DNA of 64,000 nt from a virus. Taxonomy: Duplodnaviria > Caudoviricetes. How positions within the stretch are numbered: position 1 is the stretch's first letter; each line of letters begins with the position of its first letter. The DNA lies in IMG/VR virus record IMGVR_UViG_3300021426_000086, positions 11,366 through 75,365 of that record, one strand, 5' to 3'. Positions 40,420-49,160 of the stretch are shown one piece after another. The position numbers and the translations under genes are program-made. The notes below the pieces were generated by a model. It was not told where the DNA came from. It ran no database searches and saw only the letters and a program-made list of their open reading frames with translations.

Positions 40420-40739
40420 ATTTTTCTCTATTTTGCTATCTCCGAGTTGCAATTTGGCGCTTTGCTGCGCTCGCTCACAAAATTTTTTTTGGGGGATTGG
40501 GGCATTGCTTCGTTCGCCATGATGGTGCGGCTGCAGGTGCTTTCGCCACCCTGAATCGCCGAATTTAACAGATGTACGGGGCACTACGGCGGCTTTTTTC
40601 GCACAATTTCGTCGATAACAACGCCTTTTGTAAACATTTCGATAGAAATCTTCGTCCACAACAAAATCACCCATGTAAAGATTTTAGAAACTAATAAAGT
40701 AAATAAAGTGAAACTAATAGATATAATAGGAGGAATTGA

Positions 40740-42032
40740 ATGATGAATGCTACATTAACTATCATCCACGACCGCAAACGTAAGGCGGTTGGTACCAACA
40801 AAGAGGCTGTTTTGGAGGTTCGCGTCACCCGCCACCGCCGCAGCATACACGTAAGCACTGGCATCAAGGTTCGCCACAGCGAGTGGGTGGCTGGTCGCGT
40901 GGTGGGCCGTCTCGATGCTCAGGTGCTCAACGATCAGCTGGCCATCATATATAATAAGGTGGGCTCGGCTGTTAACGATGCCATCCGCACGGGACAGCCG
41001 ATTGATGCCGACGTTATCAAGCACAAGGTGTGGCAGGTGGCCGAGGAGCGCACCGATAAAGAAACGCTCATCGAGTGGTGCGCGGCGCAGATACCCGTGC
41101 TAAACATCAGCGAGGGGGCCAAGAAGCACTATCGCGCACTCATCAACCGATTGGATGAGTACCGCCGATTGCGCCGATTTGCCGACTGCACGCCCGAGGC
41201 TATCTGTCAGTTCGATGCGTGGCTGCACTCCCTGCGCCGGCCATCCACCAAAGCTGCCCAATCTGCCAAATCTGCCAGGGGACTGCCCCCTGGCATAACC
41301 GATAAGCTGCCAGGTAGCTGTCTCCTGGCAGATGTGCCCGTCACCTTCAGTCGCTTGGGCGATGGGCTCAGCGATGCGGGCGTGTATAACTATCATAAGT
41401 GCCTTAAAGCCCTGCTGCGCCGTGCCCGATTGTTCAACAAGATAGAAACTAACCCTTACGATTTATTAAGAGGCGAGTTCAAACGCGGCGACTGCGAAAA
41501 CATCGAGTTCCTTACGTGGGATGAGATGCAGCGCATCATCCATCTCAACCTGCCCGAAGGCAGCAAACTGCAACGCAGCCGCGACTTATTCGTTTTCCAA
41601 ATGTTTACTGGTCTGGCCTATAGCGATGCCATGGCGTTCGACTTCTCGCAGTACCGATGGAATGGCTCGGCGTGGGTGTATCGTGGTCGCCGCGTAAAAA
41701 CGGGAGTTCCCTTTGTCAGTCAGCTGCTGCCGCCGGTGGTAGATGTGCTGGAGCGCTATGGCGGACAGCCACCACGCATGGATAATGCCGACTACAATCA
41801 CGAGCTCAAAACCATCGGCATGCTCGCCCAGTCGTCGTGCCCGCTCCACTCCCACCTGGCCCGCCACACCTTTGCCACGTGGATGCTGGCCAACGGCGTC
41901 AAGGTAGAAAATCTGCGCCGGATGCTGGGCCATAAGAATATCGCTCAAACCATGCGATACGCCAAGGTGCTCGACCAGTCGGTCATCGACGAATACCAGA
42001 TGATTGAGGCCAAGCTCGATGCCAGGGGATAA
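40740..42032 (+). CDS. int: tyrosine integrase, Bacteroidetes type
   Basis: N-terminal arm-binding region; FTGLAYSD, HLARHTFAT, LGH..I..T..Y motifs. Confidence 0.92.
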   Translation: MMNATLTIIHDRKRKAVGTNKEAVLEVRVTRHRRSIHVSTGIKVRHSEWVAGRVVGRLDAQVLNDQLAIIYNKVGSAVNDAIRTGQPIDADVIKHKVWQVAEERTDKETLIEWCAAQIPVLNISEGAKKHYRALINRLDEYRRLRRFADCTPEAICQFDAWLHSLRRPSTKAAQSAKSARGLPPGITDKLPGSCLLADVPVTFSRLGDGLSDAGVYNYHKCLKALLRRARLFNKIETNPYDLLRGEFKRGDCENIEFLTWDEMQRIIHLNLPEGSKLQRSRDLFVFQMFTGLAYSDAMAFDFSQYRWNGSAWVYRGRRVKTGVPFVSQLLPPVVDVLERYGGQPPRMDNADYNHELKTIGMLAQSSCPLHSHLARHTFATWMLANGVKVENLRRMLGHKNIAQTMRYAKVLDQSVIDEYQMIEAKLDARG

Positions 42033-42053
42033 AGTGAACCCTGACATAAGCTA

Positions 42054-42091
42054 AAACCCCGAGGATGACTATCGCAGTCGCCTCGGGGTTT
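42054..42091 (+). terminator. terminator downstream of int
   Basis: AAACCCCGAGG...CCTCGGGGTTT stem. Confidence 0.7.
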
Positions 42092-42291
42092 CAGTGAAAC
42101 GCTTTTCAATCAATAATTCATTACTCTATTCACATTATTAACATTAATGTATGAAAAAACCAACTTTGTTATGAATAACTAAAAACCTAATTACATTATT
42201 AAAAAAACTGCCCGAACCTCACGGCGGAGGCAGAAAAACAAATCTAATCTAAAACAATCTAACTTCAATAAAAGTATTATTATCAATGGAT

Positions 42292-42855
42292 TCAGAACTT
42301 CACGATGGTGCGGGCCTTGTCGTTCATCCGTAGGTAGCTCCATTGGATGCTGTTCAGGCGGTTAAGCCATCCCTGCAGAAACTTCTTCTGCGTGGGGTTG
42401 GCTCCCAGTCGGCGCAAATACTCCTCGCGCTCCTTCCATAGGCGATTGAATAGCTCGCGCTGATCAGGATAACCATTCAGCGCCGCGATGGTCTTGGGGC
42501 CTACTGCACCGTCCATCTTCACGCCCAGTATCTTCTGCGGCAGGCGTATGCCGTAAGCGCCGCTGTTCCAGTACCAGTCCACCACCAAGTTGGCTATGGC
42601 CTGGCTCTGTATCTTGTCGGCCTGCCATTTGTCCCAGTACACGGGCTTCATTATCTCGTATATGGCGTCGTACTCGGTTATCAGCATCACGTCGCGCTCG
42701 TCAATGTCGCCGTCGCAGTCCTTGTCGTAGCCATATCGGCGCCATGTGGCCAGCGTCACGCCCTTGTTGGTAGCGCCGCCACGGTCGCCCTTCACTTTGT
42801 TGTAGCCGCCCTCAAAGCTGAGTATAAACGGCGCAAGAATTTCTAATTTCGCCAT
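42292..42855 (-). CDS. endolysin, glycoside hydrolase family 108 with a PG-binding domain
   Basis: FEGGY...DRGGATNKGVT and DGAVGPKTIAALN; ends GWLNR. Confidence 0.88.
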   Translation of the reverse strand: MAKLEILAPFILSFEGGYNKVKGDRGGATNKGVTLATWRRYGYDKDCDGDIDERDVMLITEYDAIYEIMKPVYWDKWQADKIQSQAIANLVVDWYWNSGAYGIRLPQKILGVKMDGAVGPKTIAALNGYPDQRELFNRLWKEREEYLRRLGANPTQKKFLQGWLNRLNSIQWSYLRMNDKARTIVKF

Positions 42856-42894
42856 AGTTCTAACTTTTTAGTGTTCATGCCAGGGGACAGGTGG

Positions 42895-43215
42895 TTAATG
42901 CGTAACCACCCTTTTGCCGTCGATTTCGATGATTAGATAGTCGCGTATGCGGCGTATCTGATTGCTCTCGCAGAATTTCACCATGCGCTGATGCTCGCGG
43001 GTGTAAACCTTCAGCGTTATCACCATGCCCTCGATGAGTTCGCCTTTGCCGGTGATGGCCCGTATGTAGTACGGCTTTTGGCGCACCTGTTTGGCACCCT
43101 GCGGCGGATTAAATCCGCTCACCTCGGCGCCCGTCCGTGCGTCGCGCCACGTCCACACCTCGGTCAGCGCTCTTATCTGCTGCCAACTTATCGTCTGCTG
43201 TCCTATCCTCGGCAT
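42895..43215 (-). CDS. hypothetical protein
   Basis: 106-aa ORF in the lysis operon. Confidence 0.6.
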   Translation of the reverse strand: MPRIGQQTISWQQIRALTEVWTWRDARTGAEVSGFNPPQGAKQVRQKPYYIRAITGKGELIEGMVITLKVYTREHQRMVKFCESNQIRRIRDYLIIEIDGKRVVTH

Positions 43216-43227
43216 CGTTCTCCATAT

Positions 43228-43875
43228 TTAGTGGCGCACCATCGGCAGCCAGAATTTGCGGGTAAATATAAACAGCAGTGCCAGCGCCAGTATCAGCAGC
43301 CAGCCAAACTTGCGGTCGAACTTGTCAAGCCACGTTTCGGCGGCCTTGCCTTGCAGCTTCTTGTCGGCCACGCTGTCGGTGCGCTCAAAGTGCGTGCGCA
43401 GCTGCTCCAGCTTGGCGTTCCACTCACTGTCGTGGCGTGTTATCGCCTGCTGCAGTCGCGTTTCAAACTCCTGCACCAGCCGTTCCTCCGTCAGGCGCTG
43501 CTGCTTCGACGTGTTGCGATCGGTAACGCGCTGCTCCTGGCGAACTTCTCGGCCCAGGCTATCCACCCAGCTGGTGATGGTCTCGGTGATGCGTTCGCGC
43601 TGCTGCTCTTGCGATTCCTGCTGCGTTGTTACCTGCGTGGTCACTGCCTTCATGGCGCTATCCATGCGCTGCTCCACGCTCTTGGTTCGTGCCTCCATCA
43701 TCTGCACAACGCTGGCGCTGTCAAGTCCTATGGTGCGATACTCGGTGCGGTCTATAATCTTGGTTGGCGCACAGCCCACTATCAGGCTTATCACCAACAC
43801 CAGCACCACTGCCCAGAAGCACGCCAGGAAGCAGATGCCTCCCACGGCGTGCCAGTTAATCTTAGGTTTCGTCAT
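43228..43875 (-). CDS. putative spanin-like lysis lipoprotein
   Basis: Hydrophobic N-terminus ending LIVGC, coiled coil, C-terminal TM helix. Confidence 0.55.
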   Translation of the reverse strand: MTKPKINWHAVGGICFLACFWAVVLVLVISLIVGCAPTKIIDRTEYRTIGLDSASVVQMMEARTKSVEQRMDSAMKAVTTQVTTQQESQEQQRERITETITSWVDSLGREVRQEQRVTDRNTSKQQRLTEERLVQEFETRLQQAITRHDSEWNAKLEQLRTHFERTDSVADKKLQGKAAETWLDKFDRKFGWLLILALALLFIFTRKFWLPMVRH

Positions 43876-43882
43876 AGCGCCG

Positions 43883-44065
43883 TCATTTTTCGGGTTCTGC
43901 CTTCACGAACAGGTTGCAGATGGTACTGATGGCACCTGTTGCCACGCCGATAGCGGTATTGATGGCCGTAGCGTTGGCTGGCTCGTAATAAGTTACAAAG
44001 GCGATAGCGCCTGTAGAAACCGCTGTCAACAGCGAGTTGATGAGTGTAAACATTTTCTTACTCAT
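43883..44065 (-). CDS. putative holin
   Basis: 60 aa with two hydrophobic helices and a charged tail, upstream of the spanin-like and lysin genes. Confidence 0.45.
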   Translation of the reverse strand: MSKKMFTLINSLLTAVSTGAIAFVTYYEPANATAINTAIGVATGAISTICNLFVKAEPEK

Positions 44066-44149
44066 AGTTTTTTTGTTTTTAGTTCAACAATATTGTTAAT
44101 TGATCTCGATAATGCGAAATTACGAAATGTATCTGAGCGATGGCTGACA

Positions 44150-44932
44150 TCATGTGCCGTAGGATTTGAGGGTCTCGATATCTTCCTGCGAGATGTATTT
44201 CTCGGCGGTGTCGAGGTTGTGCTCCAGGGCAAACTTTCCCATTCGGTTGATGTAGTCTGGGTCGTTCAGCTTGCGTGTCAGCACGTCAACGGCCAGGTTC
44301 ACTTGTTTGTCGTCGTTCAGCACCACCTGGCCCTCGCGCTTGTCGTCGCTCTGCACCCAGATGTCGCACAGCTGGCTCCATGTGTGCAGCACGCGATCGT
44401 AGCGCCCATCTTGAAACAGTGCGGTGTAGTCCACGCCGTATTTCTCTTTCATGCTGCGCATCACCTCGTCAAACTCGCCCACGGCCAGTGTGCAGCAGAT
44501 GCGTGCGCACTCCAGTCGGGCTTTCAGGTCGGTTCGGGCGTCGCGATGGTAGTCCATCACCTGTTTGATGGTCATAAAGATGTGAAATATGTGCTGGCGA
44601 TACTCATGCTCCACGCTGTCGAGATAGTCGAGCCACAGTTTCAGTCGGTCGCCAAAGTTCTTGTTGTGCATCGCCTCGTACTCCTCCTGCCGGCGTTCGG
44701 TTTCGCGGCACAGCTGCTTGGTGCGCTGTTTGTAAAGTCCGGCGGCCTTGATGGCGTCGATGGCGTCGCTCACGGCCAGTCGTGCCACCTCGTTGGCCAC
44801 GCCCACCAGCATGTTCACACGGCTGTTGGTTTCGTCCCACCCCTGCAGATACTGTTTCGGGGTCAGCTTCGGGTTCATAGCGTGCAGCAGCGCATTGTGG
44901 CGCTTCTGATATAATAGTGGATTTATTGGCAT
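44150..44932 (-). CDS. hypothetical protein
   Basis: 260-aa ORF. Confidence 0.65.
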   Translation of the reverse strand: MPINPLLYQKRHNALLHAMNPKLTPKQYLQGWDETNSRVNMLVGVANEVARLAVSDAIDAIKAAGLYKQRTKQLCRETERRQEEYEAMHNKNFGDRLKLWLDYLDSVEHEYRQHIFHIFMTIKQVMDYHRDARTDLKARLECARICCTLAVGEFDEVMRSMKEKYGVDYTALFQDGRYDRVLHTWSQLCDIWVQSDDKREGQVVLNDDKQVNLAVDVLTRKLNDPDYINRMGKFALEHNLDTAEKYISQEDIETLKSYGT

Positions 44933-44955
44933 AGTTCTACATTAAACATTAAAGA

Positions 44956-45456
44956 TTAAACATTAATTGCGCGGGCGCGGCGGGTTTCCCATGTTTTCTT
45001 CGAGCGTTCGCTCAGTTCCTTTTTGTGTGTCATGTTCCATCGGTGCAGTCCGGCTATGCGTTTCTCGCGCATCTCGGGTGTCTCCTTGTGGCCTTTTTTA
45101 AACTCGCCTGCGGGGTTGGCTCGCACGCCCTTCTTAAATCGGCCTGGGTTGCCAGCCTTGCTGGCTGCTGCCCGTGCCATTATGCGGCGCTCCTCATACA
45201 TATCGTGCAGCCATGTGGGGTCCTTCTGCAGTCCCAGCTGCCGTGCCTTGCGTATCATTGTGCGCATGCTCACGCCCAGCCATCCTGCCAGTTCGTCGTT
45301 CAGTGTGGTGGCAAAGTTTCGCTTCAGGTAGTCCAGCATCTGCGTGCTCCAGAATATGCGCGTGCTGTAGCCGTGGTGCTCCATAACCCGCCCGTATTTA
45401 GGGTGCAGGTAAATGCCCTCCTTGGCCTTAACATAACCATTGTCTTTTTTCTTCAT
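44956..45456 (-). CDS. basic HTH/NUMOD3-like DNA-binding protein
   Basis: NDELAGWLGVS.RT..RKARQLGL and two FKKG repeats. Confidence 0.5.
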   Translation of the reverse strand: MKKKDNGYVKAKEGIYLHPKYGRVMEHHGYSTRIFWSTQMLDYLKRNFATTLNDELAGWLGVSMRTMIRKARQLGLQKDPTWLHDMYEERRIMARAAASKAGNPGRFKKGVRANPAGEFKKGHKETPEMREKRIAGLHRWNMTHKKELSERSKKTWETRRARAINV

Positions 45457-45466
45457 ATCGCCGATG

Positions 45467-45631
45467 TTATTCTATCTCTACCTGATTGCCGCCGGTGCGC
45501 TCCAGGTCTATCAGGCACTCGCCCAGACGTTTCATGTCGCGGTCGCAACTTAACAGTACTACCTGATGTGCGCCTTTGTCCTCGATAACTACTTTTACCA
45601 AATTGTCCTCATAATGTTTTGTAACTTTCAT
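45467..45631 (-). CDS. small hypothetical protein (54 aa; not in the ORF track)
   Basis: Hand translation MKVTKHYEDNLVKVVIED...EIE. Confidence 0.55.
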   Translation of the reverse strand: MKVTKHYEDNLVKVVIEDKGAHQVVLLSCDRDMKRLGECLIDLERTGGNQVEIE

Positions 45632-45650
45632 AATGTTTTGTTTTTATTGT

Positions 45651-45904
45651 TTATAAATCGTGTTCGATGAATACACATAGGCTGGTGGAGCCTGTCATAA
45701 TAGTGCCTGCGATGTGACCGCGATCAGTTACGCGGGCTCTACGGGTTATGCTTGAGGGGTAGTCGATGTCGAACACGCCCTGCGGGTCGCACTCGATGTA
45801 GCCTTGTTCGGTGGCTTGGCGGATTCGGAGCACGATTTGCCCCCCCTCGCAGCGATTTCAAGGAACGGTCGGGATGATGTTTTATATATCATTGATTCAC
45901 TCAT
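45651..45904 (-). other. MTase TRD-like cassette M15, out of frame (G7 at 45840-46; G8 restores)
   Basis: With G8: ...RGGQIVLRIRQATEQGYIECDPQGVFDIDYPSSITRRARV...GTIMT...FIEHDL. Confidence 0.8.
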
Positions 45905-46095
45905 ATTCTATTAGTATTACCGTCTTTGGATAGTGAGCCAAGGTGAGGATATCTTCTGGCAGCTGCATGCCGTCGTAACGAGTATTGAGTGTGCAAACAC
46001 ATCCTCCAGTGGTAACATTGACTGGCAGGCAGTACCCCCCCCCTAACAGGTTTGGCCGTAGCCTGATTGGTGCAGTGCAGTTTAATCGTATTCAT
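45897..46095 (-). other. TRD-like cassette M14, out of frame (G9; G8 restores)
   Basis: With G8: ...RGGYCLPVNVTTGGCVCTLNTRYDG...ILTLAHYPKTVILIEYE. Confidence 0.8.
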
Positions 46096-46219
46096 ACTCT
46101 ATCATTACCATTTGGTTGCGGTCGCTCATCGGGTTGGCACATACGCTGAAAGCATAGGGCTTGATGCTGAGCGATGGTTTGTCGCGGTCTCCTACTAATT
46201 GAATCATCCTATATCTCAT
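46082..46219 (-). CDS. TRD-like cassette M13, no tract
   Basis: MRYRMIQLVGDRDKPSLSIKPYAFSVCANPMSDRNQMVMIEYEYD; paralog of M7. Confidence 0.75.
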   Translation of the reverse strand: MRYRMIQLVGDRDKPSLSIKPYAFSVCANPMSDRNQMVMIEYEYD

Positions 46220-46352
46220 ACTCTATCATAACCTTTGGGATGTTGCCAGAACCTTCGCCGCTCTTGACGGCACGGCAAATGTCGTTGACGTAATACACAT
46301 TCTGCGTGAACCACCACGACAGCCTCCCTATTCGCTTCTTAATCGTATTCAT
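46209..46352 (-). CDS. TRD-like cassette M12, no tract
   Basis: MNTIKKRIGRLSWWFTQNVYYVNDICRAVKSGEGSGNIPKVMIEYEI. Confidence 0.75.
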   Translation of the reverse strand: MNTIKKRIGRLSWWFTQNVYYVNDICRAVKSGEGSGNIPKVMIEYEI

Positions 46353-46488
46353 ACTCAAATAAAATCGAAGTCATGCTGGCTTGCCCCCCCCTCAATAGGG
46401 TGGCAGCATAAAACTTGTAGCAGCCGGCAAGGATGGCCTTGGCGGTGCCGTCGCAGTTACTGTTGATGTATTGTATCTTAATCGTCAT
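46339..46488 (-). CDS. TRD-like cassette M11, in frame (G8)
   Basis: MTIKIQYINSNCDGTAKAILAGCYKFYAATLLRGGQASMTSILFEYEYD. Confidence 0.75.
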   Translation of the reverse strand: MTIKIQYINSNCDGTAKAILAGCYKFYAATLLRGGQASMTSILFEYEYD

Positions 46489-46620
46489 ACTCTACAATAA
46501 TCTTTGGAAGGCCGAAGTCGGTAGTTCCGATGCAAGGACACCAAGTACCCCCCCAACTATATCGACTACAGCGGCATGGTGCTGCATCGAACCTAATATA
46601 GTAATTACCTTATACGTCAT
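46478..46620 (-). other. TRD-like cassette M10, out of frame (G7; G8 restores)
   Basis: With G8: ...VDIVGGGTWCPCIGTTDFGLPKIIVEYDD. Confidence 0.75.
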
Positions 46621-46797
46621 ATTCTATCAGTGCTACAGTCATGGGATAGTGTGCCAGTGAGATGATGTTGGTTGGGCCAACGGCATCGTAACGGGTAGTG
46701 AGTGTGGCAGCGCAACTGTCGCCAGTGGTGTTGATGGCTCTGATTTGCCCCCCCTAATGCGCTTAATCTTCCCAATATTCGTTGTTCTATATTTCAT
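46610..46797 (-). other. TRD-like cassette M9, out of frame (G7; G8 restores)
   Basis: With G8: ...RGGQIRAINTTGDSCAATLTTRYDAVGPTNIISLAHYPMTVALIEYDV. Confidence 0.8.
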
Positions 46798-46968
46798 ACT
46801 CTATCAATATATACGGTGTGGTGTTATACATACCTGTGGCTGAATCTTTCCCAATACCCCCCCACATAGCGAGGTTATGGTGTTGCACGTCTGTTTTAGG
46901 TGATATTTTGAAACATCACCCTTTCCGCTGCCATGCCGCGTCCATCCTATAAATTTATATTTCAGCAT
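46787..46968 (-). other. TRD-like cassette M8, out of frame (G7; G8 restores)
   Basis: With G8: MLKYKFIGWTRHG...CNTITSLCGGGIGKD...TTPYILIEYEI. Confidence 0.8.
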
Positions 46969-47092
46969 ACTCTATCAATATCATTTGGTTGCGGTCGCTC
47001 ATCGGGTTAGCACATACGCTAAAAGCATAGGGCTTAATGCTTAGCGATGGGGCATCGCGGTCGCCTACCAGTTGTATCATGCTATATATCAT
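46955..47092 (-). CDS. TRD-like cassette M7, no tract
   Basis: MIYSMIQLVGDRDAPSLSIKPYAFSVCANPMSDRNQMILIEYAEI. Confidence 0.75.
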   Translation of the reverse strand: MIYSMIQLVGDRDAPSLSIKPYAFSVCANPMSDRNQMILIEYAEI

Positions 47093-47237
47093 ACTCAACC
47101 AAAAAAGATGGTTCCCGATTACCCCCCCCCATACAGGTTAGCGCGGGGCAAACACCTTGCAGGCTCCATACACCATAGGCAAAGCCCGTGTTGTACTTAG
47201 GGTTCTTGCTATTGCCGAGATATATTACTCTATTCAT
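47082..47237 (-). CDS. TRD-like cassette M6, in frame (G9)
   Basis: MNRVIYLGNSKNPKYNTGFAYGVWSLQGVCPALTCMGGGNREPSFLVEYDI. Confidence 0.8.
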   Translation of the reverse strand: MNRVIYLGNSKNPKYNTGFAYGVWSLQGVCPALTCMGGGNREPSFLVEYDI

Positions 47238-47523
47238 AACTCTCTCTCTATCCATACCAGATTATCTTTTTGTACTGATGTGATGGTGTTGGTGGCTTGC
47301 GACGACCCGAGTTCGATAACTTGGTGGAATGGTCGCTCGCCGTGCGGACCACGGAAGCCTACATCCTCTACATCGCGGTTCACCATTGCGCATACTCTCA
47401 CATTACCCCCCCATATTCAGGGCAGCGGTTGCGCAGATAGGTTTCTGCACCGCGCCCTCGGCTGGCTGAAATCCTTACGGGTTTCATACCCTCACTTGGT
47501 TCTGTATCTTTAATCAGTATCAT
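47234..47523 (-). other. TRD-like cassette M5, out of frame (G7; G8 restores)
   Basis: With G8: ...YGGGNVRV...HQVIELGSSQATNTITSVQKDNLVWIEREL. Confidence 0.8.
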
Positions 47524-47674
47524 ATTCTATCAATACGCTTACATCGAATTTCGTTGCTTTCAGACTGCGAGATATGTCGGGCAGCGGTGGATGCACGAAG
47601 TCGGCTCGCACAAAGGCATAGATGCCGTAGTACCGCCTTGGGCATTGCCCCCCCCTCAATCCTTTATCACTCAT
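47510..47674 (-). CDS. TRD-like cassette M4, in frame (G8)
   Basis: MSDKGLRGGQCPRRYYGIYAFVRADFVHPPLPDISRSLKATKFDVSVLIEYDTD. Confidence 0.8.
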   Translation of the reverse strand: MSDKGLRGGQCPRRYYGIYAFVRADFVHPPLPDISRSLKATKFDVSVLIEYDTD

Positions 47675-47875
47675 ATTCAGTAATCAATAAATTATCTTTC
47701 TGTACGCCGGTGATGGTGTTGCTGCAACCATCGGTGGCAGGGTAGTAGTTGCGGTCGGCAAAGTGGCAGTGCCCCCCCTGTCGCCGTAGGTGCGGCGCAC
47801 TGCGCGGGCGTGCTCGGTTCGCACACCCCGCAGCACGGAACTACTCACCACTTCTGGCTTGTGCAATTTCTTCAT
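47667..47875 (-). other. TRD-like cassette M3, out of frame (G7; G8 restores)
   Basis: With G8: ...YGDRGGHCHFADRNYYPATDGCSNTITGVQKDNLLITEYE. Confidence 0.8.
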
Positions 47876-49160
47876 CGCTCAGCTTGTGATCTGTTACCAC
47901 GTAGTGAATCTGTGCAGCCTCGGTGGCCTCATTCACGGTCAGGAACTTAATCACCGAGTCGGGCTTCAGGAAAAAGCGCTCATCCACATTATCCTCCAGC
48001 ACATCGGCTATGCACTTATCCAGTTCAAAGGGTCGCGGAAACTCATACTGTGTGCCATTCAGCAGGTCGGCACGTATGCTCACCATATACACTCGCTCGC
48101 GGTTCTGCGGCACGCCGTAGTGCTTGGCGTTCAGTATGCCTGCCACGGTTTTGCGGTCGCGCTTGTCGGTGCCCCAAGGGATAGGGAACTGGGGTGCCAG
48201 AAAGTTCACGTAGCCGTGGCTCTCAAGCAGTTTGCACCACTCTTTAAAATCGGGCATATTCACGCTGTTAATCAGCGCACGTACATTCTCCTGCAACAGC
48301 ACCTTTGGGCGCATGTGGCGCACGGCTTCCTCGGTGCTCCACAGCACGGCACTGCGGGTGCCGCTGCCTTTCTTGATGCCCTCGCGCTTGCCGGCCTGAC
48401 TGATGCTTTGGCAGGGGGTCGAATATGTCAGCAGGTCGATCTCGGCATCTTCAAGGTTGCTCCAGTCGGCCTTGGTCATATCGCCTCGGTTCAAGTCTTT
48501 GTACTGCGGAAACAGCAGGTTGTGGGCCACCACGGCTGGCTGCTCGTCCAGAGGGCGTGTGCTCTCGGGGTCGAACTCGCTCCATGCCATCAGCTTCCAT
48601 CTAAAATCCTTATATCGCTGCTGCAGCATATCCATGGCTATGGCTTGGCTATCGTAGCCGCTACATAATGTAACCAGTTTCAGTGGTTGTTTCTTCCAGT
48701 CGCGCGATAGTCGGAATTGTGGCAGTGCAAACAGGTCGGTTTGTTCGTTCGGCAGTCGGCGACCGGTGGGGTACATCAGTTCCTCGTAGATATACATCAG
48801 CACGTCGCACACTATCGAATTTCCTGCCAGCTTGTAGTGTGATGAGTTGGAGATAATCTGCACATCGCCGTAGCGCTGCTCTTGACTTGCAGCGATGATG
48901 GCCTGATAGGCTTGATCGTAATTCTGTCGTAATAGTGCGTTTTCCTCGGTATCAGCCTCCTGCTCCTCGGCTGTGATGCGCTGCAGGTCGGCATCGTCGG
49001 TTGGCATATCGTCGTCAGATGGTCGGTTCTCAAGGCTCTCTATGGCCTCGCGGTAGGCTTCGTCAACCTCTCGGCGTGTGGCACCGGGTTCCAGTCCGAA
49101 TACGGTCAATTGGGCATCTACGCCCGTCCAGGCCATATACGGTTTCTTTTCTGTTTTCAT
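47841..49160 (-). CDS. C5 cytosine DNA methyltransferase core, circularly permuted (motifs X, I, IV, VI, VIII)
   Basis: YKLAGNSIV (X), TLCSGYDS (I), YSTPCQSIS (IV, catalytic PC), ENV (VI), YGVPQNRERVY (VIII). ATG 49160 overlaps the upstream stop. Confidence 0.9.
   Translation of the reverse strand: MKTEKKPYMAWTGVDAQLTVFGLEPGATRREVDEAYREAIESLENRPSDDDMPTDDADLQRITAEEQEADTEENALLRQNYDQAYQAIIAASQEQRYGDVQIISNSSHYKLAGNSIVCDVLMYIYEELMYPTGRRLPNEQTDLFALPQFRLSRDWKKQPLKLVTLCSGYDSQAIAMDMLQQRYKDFRWKLMAWSEFDPESTRPLDEQPAVVAHNLLFPQYKDLNRGDMTKADWSNLEDAEIDLLTYSTPCQSISQAGKREGIKKGSGTRSAVLWSTEEAVRHMRPKVLLQENVRALINSVNMPDFKEWCKLLESHGYVNFLAPQFPIPWGTDKRDRKTVAGILNAKHYGVPQNRERVYMVSIRADLLNGTQYEFPRPFELDKCIADVLEDNVDERFFLKPDSVIKFLTVNEATEAAQIHYVVTDHKLSDEEIAQARSGE

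Noticed and set aside
45897-47680. CRISPR array or integron in the periodic cassette region
   Set aside because: The shared junction is only about 9 nt, units are 130-290 bp coding segments, and there is no cas gene, attC palindrome or IntI.
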